Shown here piece by piece: positions 50,059 to 62,500 of a DNA stretch of 64,000 nucleotides (its first letter is position 1; each line of letters begins with the position of its first letter). This stretch comes from Isurus oxyrinchus (Eukaryota). The position numbers and the translations under genes were made by a program. The notes under the pieces were generated by a model. The model was not told where the DNA came from. It was given only the letters and a program-made list of their open reading frames with translations, and did no database searches. The stretch lies in contig JANJGN010000167.1 in NCBI GenBank assembly GCA_026770705.1, forward strand, positions 930,001 through 994,000. Direction: 5' to 3'.

Positions 50059-52199
50059 CCTATTTTGGCAGCTGTCTTCAAATTGAACTCAAACTGCTGG
50101 TTTGTGGGCCTGTCTGTCTGTGTGACTGTCTCCGGGCGCGGGAGGTGGGGGGGGAGGTGTTGGAGTGCGATTCTTGTGCTGCTTCTCTGAAGCCCTGTTG
50201 CTAGGCAACAGCACCTTTTTTTCTGCTCTTGTTTGCTTTAAATTTTCAGAATCGTAAAACGCATTAGAAATGCAGACAGTTTATAAAGTGGAACGAAAAC
50301 TCAACTAGATATTTCCATAACGCACATAAAGAAATACAAATCCAACTTAAACTTCAAAGTTCAGAATCTTTCCTGACATCAACAAGGGCGGAGAGCATGA
50401 AGCAGGGGCACTTGTAGTTTAATTCGAGGGGAGGAATGGTGCTGCCAGTAGCAATGAATGTGACAGTCACCGCAACTCCTTTGCTCAGGTTCTCTCCAGT
50501 TGGTCAATGTTGACATAAGTGACTTTATTTAGCCTGTAGTACATCACTGCATAAAGCAATTGAAGACTTCCTTATTTGTCTCTACTTGTTAACAGTATGA
50601 AGGGTGCAGCAGAACACCATGGATTTGAACTCTTGCTCCAGCGTGTAGTGGATGTATCACTGTGAGCGGTTCAGGAATCAGAAGCATTACTTCATCTCAC
50701 CAATGATCTGCTCCACATGTTGCTGGTCGCTCCATTACTCTCGGTTTGCTCGTGTTATATTCACGTGGTCGTTTTGCGGTGCACAGTGTATTTAGAGCCA
50801 CGTGTCGGGAGGGTAAACCTCGTACTGCAAGAGGGCAACCTCTGATTCTGAAAGAGGTTCGAATACGATGGGAATGGCTGCCTAATTCGGAATGATGTTA
50901 TCGTGGCTGCTGCCAGGATGGTGAACATTAACCAACATGATGTACTGTGCATCGTCATATAGCTGCTGTATATTATGGCAGCTCATCAATACCTTCTCAA
51001 GGGAAACTCGCCAGGGAAGCCCACGTCCATGAAGGAATTACATTTGGGAAACATTGACTGACAGTTCTTTCAGTTAATAGACATTTGTCATGGGGGCTCA
51101 GCGGAGCCACATACACCATCGGGAATTCCTCTGTCCTGGTAAAACAACGGGTCCTCCCATCCTACTTCTCCCTGCTCAGGGATAAAGCGATTTATGCACT
51201 TCACTCGGCATAGATGGTCTCCGTCACCTGGTGGATACATAGACGGACAGCATACTGAGCGATGATGGATATGTTATCCGCTCCTTTCTGCAAAGTTCAG
51301 CATCCAGAGAGGTTCAATGGAACTCTGACATTAACTGCCACTGACATCACCTTCCGCACCCTGGTGTGATGCTGCAAGTTGTGTTGAAGAAGTTAACACA
51401 GCTCTGTTTTATCAGAGCAGTCTCAAACTCTTTTCTTGAGCTAGATGTAGTTTGGTAAAGTGTTCTTGGAAAACCAGGGGAGTTTAGGGCAGAGTCCACC
51501 TTGTCCACGCCCTTTACAGAGTTCCCTCTCTCTGCAGCCTCTGAGCCAAGTGCTGATCATGTTATAGTCACAGATGCACCACAACTAAATGCCCCATACC
51601 TCATCCAGAGCTGGGTCAGCAAATGATCCGCCCTCCCTGAATGTAAGCCGCTGCTCACAACAGACACTCCAAAAAAAAACATCCACAGAACCTCCACTTA
51701 CTTTCCAATAACACAAGTCAGTCAAAGCCTCTCAGCTGCAAGTTAGATGCCTGGTCGTTTTAAATATCGCCAGATGGGGGCGGGGGGTTCCTCGTGTTCA
51801 TGAACACAGGTTTAGTCAAGACTGATTAGCACAGGCGTTCAATGGATAGGCACACATCAATTCACTGAGACATGTGTTAAAGCTGCTGAAACCGCCTGTC
51901 CAACATGGAGCACCAGGTGGGAGTCGCTGGGAAGTGAATAACCGCACGACCCGCACCATTTCATGGTTTCAGCATCGTAAACCCGTCACCAGTGACCCTA
52001 ACCCGCTACAAAGGCTGGATTCATATATGGGTGGGAGCGATACTGAGGGAAGCAGATCCAATTTAAAATTAAACTGCAAAAAATTAAAGGGAAACAATTT
52101 GCACGAGCAATTGAAAAAAGACAGAGGGATTTAGATTAATCGGAGGAGTGAGGCCATGGAGGCAAGAAATCATTAAGTGATAATATTAAAATTGAGGTG

Positions 52200-52515
52200 T
52201 TACCAGAAAAGGAATCAATGCAGCTCAGTGAGCACAGGGATGAACGCTGAACGGGATTTGTTGTGAGTTAGGATTTGGACAGGATAGTTTGGGATGAGCT
52301 GGGGTTTATTAAGGTTGGTAACTGAAGTTAACATTGGAATAGGCGAGTGTGGGTTGAGGAAATGGTGAGGGTTTATTCTGTAGCAGGAATGAGGTGGGCA
52401 GTTGATGAGTGATATTTTGGAGTTAGAAGGGGGCAAGATTGGGAATGGAGAGAATAGGCGGTCAGCAATCAGCTCGGGGTCAAACGGATCGCACATGGTG
52501 TGAACGGACTGATTC
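52200..52515 (-). mobile_element. L2-like LINE fragment
   Basis: DPFDPELIADRL resembles L2 LGVLFDPELSF..HI. Decayed. Confidence 0.45.
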
Positions 52516-52682
52516 TACCTCAGATATTGGCCAGGGAAGCTCGTGGATCCATTGGATCAGGAGCGGAGTTTCTGAGAAAAAAATGAAGGCAAGAGATTCC
52601 ATTTTCCCAAACTTCAAACAATAAAAACAAAAATGAAGTCAATTGTGGTTTATAATAGAAAGAACCGGACAGACTGACTTAC

Positions 52683-52821
52683 CAGGTACACCAACAACAG
52701 CTAGGATGGGATAATACCCTGCTTGAATAACCTCAAGAGTGTAACCGATGCGAGAAGCTAATGACAACCAATCATGATATGTAGACAACATGTACAACCC
52801 AGAGGATAAACTCCTGTCCAT
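52683..52821 (-). CDS. GPR139/GPR142-like GPCR, exon 1 (N-terminus and most of TM1)
   Basis: Reads MDRSLSSGLYMLSTYHDWLSLASRIGYTLEVIQAGYYPILAVVGVP-G|GTAAGT. The Kozak context is acaATGG with an in-frame stop upstream. The phase-1 donor joins exon 2 to give YYPILAVVGVPVNLITIVIL; 139+899 nt = 345 aa plus stop. Confidence 0.88.
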
Positions 52822-52956
52822 TGTTGGAACTTTCCCATCTATTGTTCTCAGATTCTGATCTCTCCTCTCCCTCCTCCCTTGAGCCGCTGATCCCTCTCGC
52901 TGTCGGAGGTGATAATCCCACAGACACTATATGATAACACGTTGAAAGGAGTCCCT

Positions 52957-53025
52957 TATTTATACAAGTGGCAAGGCCTCCAATGGCACAATTGGGGTCC
53001 ATGGAGACAGACGTTAATTACAGTC
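52957..53025 (-). promoter_or_regulatory. Putative GPCR core promoter: TATAAATA with nearby CCAAT and TAATTA
   Basis: TATAAATA at 52964-52957 lies about 140 bp upstream of the ATG. CCAAT is at about 52980 (plus strand) and TAATTA at about 53015. Confidence 0.55.
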
Positions 53026-53439
53026 AATGAACAAACAGTTTCTGTTAATACCATACAATCCAATACTTTTTTATCCAAATAATGTAGAATATTTACCTGA
53101 TCCAGTTGTGAGATATGAGGGTCGCTGAGTGAAGGAATGGTGGAAATAATGAATGCTCTGGCGATAATATTTCACCCATCCTTGGATTTGGGTGGTGCTA
53201 GAGGGCTGGAGGTTTCTAAATGTCCCAACTCCATTTTTATTATATGAAAGACGGATACGCTCTGGAACGACAGAGCAGCCAGGCAATGTCGATGCTGGGA
53301 ACATTTCTGGAGGCCTTAATCGTGGACAGAAATATATGTTTATTTGCAAGAAATTATGGATTATACGTGATCAGAAGCACGGTTTTGTCAATTGGTATTA
53401 ATATCTGATAAACTTAATGGAGATATTTTTCTAAGTAAC

Positions 53440-53990
53440 GACAGTTCTGATGAGGGAAGTGAGCTTGATGTTATGTCCATGAAGAAAGTGTGAACAAGAA
53501 TCATGTTTGGATTGTTATAAACTGAACCCCATGGATTAAAGGGACAGTAACAGTGTGGATGTGATATTGGTGAGGAGACGGAACGCAGAGAGAAGTGGTG
53601 GCCGATGGTTATTCATATCGGAGGGGAGTTTAACTCATGTTACCTGGGGAACGATATCAGATGAACTGCATCCTTTTGCTACAAATAAAGAACAAATGAT
53701 TCTATACAAATGTAATAATATCTAGAACTGGAGGGAACGGTTTTAATATTAGGGATAGCCCGTTTATGACAGATCTGATGAGATTTATGTTTCTCTCAGT
53801 GCTGTGGGACTTTGGAACTCATTGATTCAGAAGGCAGTGCAGGCGAGGTCACTGTGTATTTTTCTGGTAGCCGAACATGGATTCTTGTGAACAAAAGAAT
53901 GAAAGGAAATTGGGGGTAAATGGAAACGTAGAATTTGAAACACAAAAAGATCATCAATAATCATGTTCAATAGCGGAATAATACAGAGCT
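53440..53990 (+). mobile_element. Decayed CR1 fragments
   Basis: cccatggattaaagggacagt..., and tctctcagtgctgtgggactttggaactc...cagaaggcagtg. Confidence 0.6.
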
Positions 53991-54019
53991 GTTGGAACCT
54001 AGAACACACTGCCTGAGGA

Positions 54020-54155
54020 CCAGGTCGAAGCCTCCTGCTCGGGCTGATGTAAAATATACTATGACCCTATCTCAAAGAACTGCAGGGGGCTCTGTCCAGT
54101 GTCCTGGTCAATACTTATCTCCCCATCAACATCACAACACAGCAGATGATATTTT
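54020..54155 (+). mobile_element. DeuSINE/SacSINE1-like central fragment
   Basis: gatgtaaaatatactatgaccctat...aagaactgcaggggg...gtgtcctggtcaatacttatc.ccc..tcaacatcac. Confidence 0.55.
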
Positions 54156-54329
54156 ATTGAGAGCTCTTTTGAATGGCGAAGATCATGTCTGCGGTTTCCC
54201 CGGATGGTCAGAATCTACACTGGGTCTTTGGTGGGATGTTTCACAGACGGGTAGGGGGAGGTTCAGGAGGATTCGTGTGAGAATCATCCCCACAGTAGAA
54301 TGAAGCAAAATGTCTCTATAGTTCCCATA

Positions 54330-55068
54330 AATTGATTTAGCCCCTTTCTTAAACAGTGACACAATGATGACATTTCAGGGAGTGGGACCAGTTCTTCCCA
54401 GATCTATCTAAAAAAAGTCAGAGAGTTTCACCATGGCCAACAACCCAGTTGTTGTCACCACCCTTCTGTATGGCAGTTAGATCTGGGTAACCTACCAAGG
54501 GCAACTCCGAATGCTGGAGAAATTCCTCCAGCGATGTCTCCAGAGGATAATCAATGTCAGGTGGGAAGACAGGAGAACAAACTCCAGCATCCTTACTGAG
54601 TGCTTATCCTCCAGTATCACAACACTGACCACGTGAAATCAGCTCCATGGTCTGGACACTGCATCCACGTGTCAAACAATCAGCTTCTGAAGCAGATCCT
54701 CTTTTCACAACTTGATGGTGAAACCTGATCGCAAGGAGGACAGAGACAAGGTTTTAAGGAAACTCTGACGGTCACAGTGAAAAGAGGGCAAACTGACCTC
54801 GGTGTACGGGAGGAATTTCGCTCATCAAACCAGCTGCAACACAGTCAGAGACGGAACACATAATCACTACTGTGGAGAAGTGACAAAAGCGGAAAGAGAG
54901 AGAACAGAACCCTGACACAAGGAATCCCCTTCCCCAGGGAAATTCATATACTCCCTGCATGAAGACCTTTGTCTCCAGGTTTGGTCTGCTGAGAGCCCTG
55001 TGGACACACAAATCCTGAACCCTGGCAGGCGGCATTCTCGCTTCGAGGAAGTGATGATGATGACGATG
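54330..55068 (+). mobile_element. RTE-clade LINE 3' fragment
   Basis: VVVTTLLYGS*IWVTYQGQLRMLEKFLQRCLQRIINVRWEDRRTNSSIL; ends in a (gat)n tail. Confidence 0.85.
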
Positions 55069-55089
55069 TGATTACAATATATGGTTATG

Positions 55090-56646
55090 AGAAGGCATTT
55101 AAAATTCAGTCACTGTTCAGGTAGCTCAAACTGCTCCCCACTCCCAAGCTAAATGGGAGGGATTGTGCACTGATGTAGTAACTCACAACTGGACTCCATG
55201 AGGGGCGGCGGGCTATCAGTAGTAGCAGAATTGTAAAGTCTTCAATCTGTGACCTCAACCCCCATCTCCTGTACAATAACCTCAGAGAATCTACCATGGC
55301 TTCAACTAAAGTGCGGGAGGGCATACGAGGGGCAGCACCAGCCATACTTAAAAATGTGATTTCAATGTATGGAATCTACACCACAGGACTCCGTGCAGGA
55401 AAAACAACACAAGGAAAAAGCGGCAGATGGAGCTAAGAGATCCCACAATCACTGCTTAAGGTCAAAGCTCTGTAGTTCTGCCACATCCAGTGGTAAATGC
55501 TGGAAAATTTAACAGCTCCATGGAGCAGGTGGAACTACAAATATCCCACCCACAATGATGTGGAGCCCAACACATCAGTGCATAAAACAAGTCTGAAGCA
55601 ATTCCAACCATTGACAGCTGGAAGTGCCGAGTGTACGATGCATCTCGCCCGCCTGCGGATGCCCCCAGCATTGCAGGTGCAGTTTTCAGCCAATTCAATT
55701 TGCTCCACGTGATAACAAGTAACGATGGAAGGCACGGAATGCTTCAAACGTTTCGGGCCCTGACAACATTCCAACATTAGTACTGAAGACTTGTGATCAA
55801 TTATTTGCCGCCCCTAGTCTAACTGTATCAGTTAACGTACAACACTGGAATTTACCCACGGATATGGTATGGAAACAGTATTTTCCTGTCCACAAAATGT
55901 AGAACAAATCCAGTTCAGCCAATAACCGCTCCATCAGTCTAATCTCAACCAGGAAGGGGCGATGACAGAGTGATATTGTTACTAGACAAGTATTACAGAA
56001 TGCGAGGATAATGCTGAGGGGGAGCCAGCTCCGAATCTCACCAGGCTAGATGGTTAATTTAAATTCAACCAAAAATATGACTTATGCAACTCAAAATTAT
56101 GGTGACCACCGCTGCCACTCATCTATTTTTCAGTAAATGTGCCCATTTTATTCGATAATGAGTCGCTTTTGGGGAATGAAATCAGCTGTCTTAACCTAGC
56201 GTGAACTACATATGCCTCCAGATCGGCAGCAATGATGTTGCCTCTTAAATGCCCTTTGAACAGTGCAAACGGCAATAATTGCTCTCTGGCTAACGGTTTG
56301 CCTTCCTTCAGGGTCACTAGACCCCTGATCGCATTACAGCCTTGGTTCAAACATGGACAGAAGAGCTAAGCTCCCATGGTGAGGGGAGATTGACTTCCCT
56401 TGTGAACAAGGCTGCATTTGACCAGCTCTGGCATCATAAGGCCTCAACTAAACTGCAGCCCTTCGGAATGACGGGGAATTCCTGCGCTGTTTGGAGATAA
56501 ACCTAGCACAAATGAAGATGGTGGTGGTTGTTGGAGTTGAGTTATCGCAGCTCCTGGACATCACTGCAGGAGATTCTCGGGGTATTGTGCTCGGCCTAAA
56601 CATTTTCAGCTGCTTCATCAATGACATTTCATCATAAAGTGAGAAG
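55090..56646 (+). mobile_element. LINE family B ORF2 fragment, interrupted by a SINE and a CR1 (resumes about 58814-58920)
   Basis: Shows GPDNIP..VLKT, RSISLIS, AAFDQLWH and GIVLGLNIFSCFINDI. The RT continues after the CR1 (ttcagcactattc...gcagcaagac). Confidence 0.75.
55955..56290 (+). mobile_element. tRNA-derived SINE (decayed)
   Basis: ggggcgatgacagagtgatattgttactagac..gataatgct..ccgaatctcacca..gatggt.aattt.aattcaa has an A/B-box-like head followed by a body. Confidence 0.6.
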
Positions 56647-58805
56647 GTTTGGATTCGGAGAGAGAGGATTTTCTTAAAATAATACAGGATCTGGCCAAGG
56701 TAGGCTGGGAACTGTTACATGTGGGAAAATCTACAGAAGAGCAGTGGGGTGCGTTGAAAAAGGAAATGGGGAGGGTACAGGCTCAACGTATTCCATGTAG
56801 GGTGATAAGGAGTTACAAGCACAGAGATCCATGCGTGACTAGAGATATTCATGTTACTATGAGAAGGGAAAGAGAGGCTTTTCACAGTTACAAGGGGAGC
56901 AAATCAGCGGACGCATTAGTGGAGTTACAGAATGTACAGTTTGGAACTTAAGAAAGCAATTAGGAGAGCAAAGATACGATATGATAGAGTTCTGGCTGAT
57001 AAAAGTAGGGAACAACCCAACATATTCTGTAAGTATATCAATGGGAAGAGGATAGCCCAGGAAAGAGTAGTGCCCATTAGGGATTCTGGGGTCAGTCTAT
57101 GGGTGGAGCCTGAGGAGATCGGTAGTCTGTTGAACAGATAAATCACTTCCGTCTTCACCCACGAGAATGACGATGAATGTATAGAACTCGGGGAGAGAGT
57201 CTGTGAGGTTCTTGCGGTAAATTGATATAGGGAGTGGCAAGGAGTTGGAGGTGATCGAAGGCTTAAAAGTGATCTAATATCCAAGTCTGGATGATTTGAG
57301 TCCCAGAGTGCCAAGGGAGGCAAGGGAGGAGATCTCAGGGGCTGTGACACAATTTTTTTAATACCACTATGACCACGGGGTGGTGCCAGAGGACGGCAGA
57401 ACAGCAAATGTGGTTCCGTTATTTAAGAAAGTTTGTAGAGATAAGCCAGGGAACTACAGATCAGTGAGTCTCACGTCAGTGGTAGGGAAAACATTGAAGA
57501 AAATTCTGAAGGAGAGAATCTATCTCCACTTGCAAAGGAGGCATGATTTCATCAGGGTAAGACAGCATGGCTTTGTCACAGGGAGGTCATGCCTAACAAA
57601 TCTGACTGAAAATTTTGAGGAGCTGACCAGTTGTATAGAACATGGTAGTGCTATTGATGTACTTTACCTGATTTCAACAAAGCCTTTGACAAGGTCCCAC
57701 ATGGGACTCTGGTAAAGAAGTAAAATGCACATGGAATTAAGGGTAATTTGATAAGGTGGATTCAAAATTGGCTTAATTTTAGGAGACAGACGATGATGAC
57801 AGAAGTCTGCTTCAGTGACTAGAAGCCCGTGTCCAGAGGTGTACAACAGGGTTATGAGCTGTGTCCGCTAATATTTGTCATTTACATAAACAACATACTT
57901 GATAATGTTGCGGAATGGAGTAGTAAGTTTGTGGATGACACAACGATTGGCAGGGTGGTTAAGAGTGGGGTTTGGTGGCCTGGGCTACTGGAAGATATAG
58001 ACGGGATGATAAAATTGGCAGATGAATGTCAGATGGAATTTAACCCTTAAAAGTGCAAGGTGATACACTTTGGAAGGAGCAATTTGACAATGAAGTAGTC
58101 AATGACCGTCATTACTCGCAGATGTTCTGAGGAACAAAGGGAAATTGGCGAGTGTGTCCATAGGTCTCTGAAGGTGGAGGAGAATGTAGGTGGGGTGGTG
58201 AAAAAGGAATATGGGACACTTAGATGTATCAATCAAGGCTTAGATGACAAAAACAGGGATGGCATGTTTGAGTTGTATAGAGGCCTGGTGAGGCCACAGC
58301 TGGAGTATTTTTTTGGCAGTTCTGGTCACCACATTACAGAAAGGATGTGATTTCACTGGAGGGTGTGCAGAAGAGATTCACCAGGAGTTTGCCTGGGATG
58401 AAAATTTCAGGTTCGAAGACAGGTTGTAATAACTTGTGTTGTTCTGTTGCAGCAGAGAAGATCTGAACGAGATGTCCAAGAATATTAGGGGCAGGAACAG
58501 GGTGGATAGTGTGCAGCTGTTCCCCTTAGTAGACGTTCAAGGTGAAGGGCAGAAGGTTTAGGGGAGATATGAGGAAAATTTTTTTTACCCAGTGTGGTGA
58601 AGGTCTGGAATGAGCTGCCTGGGAGGGTGGTGGAGGCAGGTTGCCTCCTATCCTTTAAAAAGTACCTGGATGAGCACTTGGCATGTCAAACATTCAAGGC
58701 TATGGGTCAAGTGCAGGTAATTGGAATTAGTTCGGTAGATCAGGTCTTTCTTACGTGTTAGTGCAGACTCGATGGGCTGAAGGGCCTCTTCTGCACTGTG
58801 ATTCT
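56647..58805 (+). mobile_element. 5'-truncated CR1 LINE with 8-bp TSD
   Basis: Reads VPEDGRTANVVPLFKK..PGNYRSVSLTSVVGK..QHGFVTGRSCLTNL. TSD gtgagaag is at 56639-56646 and 58806-58813, and the tail is ctgtgattct. Confidence 0.92.
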
Positions 58806-59539
58806 GTGAGAAGTAAAAATTCTCACTCATGATTTGACAGTTCAGCACTATTCATGAATCGTCCAATATTGAAGCAGTCCATGTCTAACTGCAGCAAGAC
58901 TTTGAAAATATTGAAGTGGTAAATAGCAATGCAAACAGAGAATCAAGATCGATGAACAGACAAAATGCCAGCAATAAGGGAGCTGGGACTCAGCAGCAAG
59001 AGACTGATACCCACGTAATGCCGTTAGCCAAAAACTAAATTTCCTGGGGATAATTAGCAGGTCTAGATTTTGGAAAACTCAGAAGCCAAACAAGAAACCA
59101 TTGCCTTCTCTCCCTGATGGAGCTACACAGGTGCTTGTTATTATCCTAATAATTGTTGCTCAATGTCACTGCCAAGTCTGTAGAGTAACAAATAAATAGT
59201 TATGTAAACACATGCACAAAATTGACAAGCAGCTCATTTTGTACACATGAGCATAAACAATAAACACGCATTTATTTGCACAAATATGTGTAAACAAGCA
59301 TTAACAAAAATAAAGCCCTGATGTCGAGTCATACAGAGTCGACACGATAAATCTGTCTCTCTTCACAGATGCTGCCAGACATGGTTTTTGTTTTCTAGTG
59401 TTTTCTGTCTCTGTTAGAAAAATAATTTTACACACGTGACACACACACACACAATAGACACTTGGATTTTTTTTCTTATTGTCCAGCGAATCCAAATCCC
59501 TGGAGCCAAGCGATCAGCTCCCATGAGGAGAATATTAAG

Positions 59540-62500
59540 TGTTGAGTCACATCTTCACCTGAAGAGGGGACATTCCTCAGGAATATGCATCACTATTTGT
59601 GTCGCTCCAGAAGTGCATAAGGGGGTTATAACTGAGGCATGGCCTGAGGAGATTTGCTGCAAAGGGAACCCTGCTTGTCACACATATGCATAGCCATGGC
59701 CACCCCACCGTGATAGATCAAAGCCTGCCATTCGATGAGCTGGAGTTAGTCACAAGCATCTTATTCATAACCTCCCATATTTCTCAGTCCATAACCCAAA
59801 GGATGCCTTAAAAGGTAAACCTTGCAGAGGGAGATTACTCCATATGGGGCACCAAGATGGAACGCTGGAAATAGGTGGTTTGAATATAACATTGTGGAGT
59901 GGAAAGTGTGGTGCATCGCGAATTTTTTCAACCAGCTTGTGGATTTCCATCTGTCTGCTGATGTGTGTAAGATTGATACTTGCAAGAACAGGGAGCCAGA
60001 GGAGGGTTGTTGAAGGGAGAGTTGCTGTTATGATTCGTATTATTGCATTCAATTGAGTTCCAACAAGATGTGTGTGTGATGCGTTGTGCAACACAGTTTC
60101 ACTGTACTTTGCTATGGAGTATAATGGGGCAGGTGCTGAGGCCCAGTGTGTTGTAGCAGCAAGACCCAACCTAGATTGAACAAGATTTAATAATAGAAGA
60201 AAAGAGTTGACGTTTCGAGTCCTCATGACCCTTCGACAGAACTTGATTTCGAGTCCAAGAAAGAGTTGAAATATAAGCTGGTTTAAGGTGTGTGTGTGAG
60301 GGGCGGACAGAGAGAGACAGAGAGAGGTGGGTAGGGGTGTGGTTGTTTGGACAAACAAGCAGTGATAGAAGCAGATCATCAAAAGATGTCAGCGACAATG
60401 GTACAATAGAACACATAGGTGTTAAAGTTAATGTTGGTGATATTATCTAAACGAATGTGCTCATTAAGAATGGATGGTAGGGCACTCAAGGTATAGCTCT
60501 AGTGGGGGTGGGGGGAGCATAAAAGATTTTAAAATATTTAAAAATAATATAAATAGGTGGGAAAAGAAAAATCTATATAATTTATTGGGGAAAAAAAGGG
60601 GGGGAAGGAAAACAGAAAGGGGGTGGGGATGGGGGAGGGAGCTCACGACCTAAAGTTGTTGAATTCAATATTCAGACCGGAAGGCTGTAAGGTGCCTAGT
60701 CGGAAGATGAGGTGTTGTTCCTCCAGTTTGCGTTGGGCTTCACTGGAACAATGCAGCAAGCCAAGGACAGACATGTGGGCAAGAGAGCAGGGTGGAGTGT
60801 TAAAATGGCAAGCGACAGGCTTGCGGACAGACCGCAAGAATGACCCAAACCTCCCTGTCGCTTGCCATTTTAACACTCCACCCTGCTATCTTGCCCACAT
60901 GTCTGACCTTGGCTTGCTGCATTGTTCCAGTGAAGCCCAACGCAAACTGGAGGAACAACACCTCATGTTCCGATAGGCACCTTACAGCCTTCCGGTCTGA
61001 ATATTGAATTCAACAACTTTAGGTCGTGAGCTCCCTCCCCCATCCCCACCCCCTTTCTGTTTCCCCCCTTTTTTTCCCCCAATAAATTATATAGATTTTT
61101 CTTTTCCCACCTATTTCCATTACTTTTAAATATTTTAAAATCTTTTATGCTCCCTCCACCCCCACTAGAGCTGTACCTTGAGTGCCCTACCATCCATTCT
61201 TAATTAGCACATTCGTTTAGATAATATCACCAACTTTAACTTTAACACCTATGTGTTCTATTGCACCACTGTCGCTGACATCTTTTGATGATCTGCTTCT
61301 ATCAGTGCTTGTTTGTCCAAACAACCACACCCCTACCCACCTCTCTCTGTCTCTCTCGCTCCGCCCCCCGCACACACACCTTAAACCAGCTTATATTTCA
61401 ACTCTTTCTTGGACTCGAAATCAAGTTCTGTCGAAGGGTCATGAGGACTCGAAACGTCAACTCTTTTCTTCTCCGCCGATGCTGCCAGACCTGCTGAGTT
61501 TTTCCAGGTGGTTGTGTTTTTGTTTTGGATTTGCAGCATCCGCAGTTTTCTTTGTTTTTAAGATTTAATAATATGTTGTTTCTGGTTTGGAATGTCGCTG
61601 CTCTTTTCTCCAGATGATCCCGAGAGGGCAGACTCCTGTCTAGATTCACACCCAATTATGTTGAGTTGGGATCATACCTTAGCCTCTGACTATCCACTTA
61701 AAAAGGCAGATTTATTTTGGCACTAACATTATGGAGATGCTATACACTGGATAGAGGTTGATAGGAATTCAAGTTCCCATGTGCTGCAGTAGTACTCAAA
61801 TTTGTATCATTTTTATGAATGAAATGCTACAGGCTGCAGAAGGATAGGGCTTGGGTCCAATGACAGATACCAGCAGCAGAGATGAACAGGACTGGAAATC
61901 TTCTGTTTGTGAAGGAGCATTTCAACAACTGCCTTCATCCATTTTGGAAGCATTTTGGACAGTTTTAGGATAGGCCAGGATGCCACCCCCTCTCCTTGCC
62001 ATCTGTGAGGTCCAGCAGCACGAGTCCTGGTCCTTTGGAAGCAATTTCCCATGTAGGAGGTAAGTGACAGACTTAATCACATGTACTTCACCCCTTACGG
62101 AAACCAGCTTGTGCAATATTAAGCATCGTTCTTCTTCTGGAGATGTGCGTTGGAGAACAAATTCTCCAATATCTTAAAGCACACCGAAGGTAGTGAAATC
62201 GAAAGATGGATGGCTGCCAGTGGGAGATATTTTTTCAGGGTCTGGTATGAAAATGATTTTTGGAATTGTGCCTGAGATTATCATTTTTGTGCAGAATGGA
62301 GTAAGCCAAGCACAAGCAAGGAGTTCTCATTACTCGAATGCAGTCCAAGGCCTCGGTGAATTTTTGACAGTTTGCATGCATCCCATTGCATCTTCATTGC
62401 ATTCCTGATGGCTAGAAAGCAAGGACCAATGTGGATGAGCGATGGCCTGTGTTGTCCATGTCAGAAATGATCCAGGACTGGGCACTGTGCTGGTTTGGGT

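Larger units (their letters stand above)
48919..50378 (-). mobile_element. Solo LTR-like element (TGTCAGG...GGTAACA) containing (GATA)n and an Ig-like ORF
   Basis: TG..CA termini of the same style as 6718-8263, interrupting the Harbinger transposase. No clean TSD was seen. Confidence 0.6.
48780..51480 (-). mobile_element. Harbinger (HARBI1-like DDE) transposase pseudogene, split by an LTR
   Basis: Motifs occur in order: PLVFQEHFTKLHL, MSVAVNVRVPLN..AQYAVRLCIHQVTETIYA, VGFPG, QQLYDDAQYIMLVNVHHPGSSHDNII, VEQIIGEMK*CF*FLNRS..FCCTLH (about 50600). It resumes with IITIMRA*AMSPG at about 48918. Confidence 0.85.
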
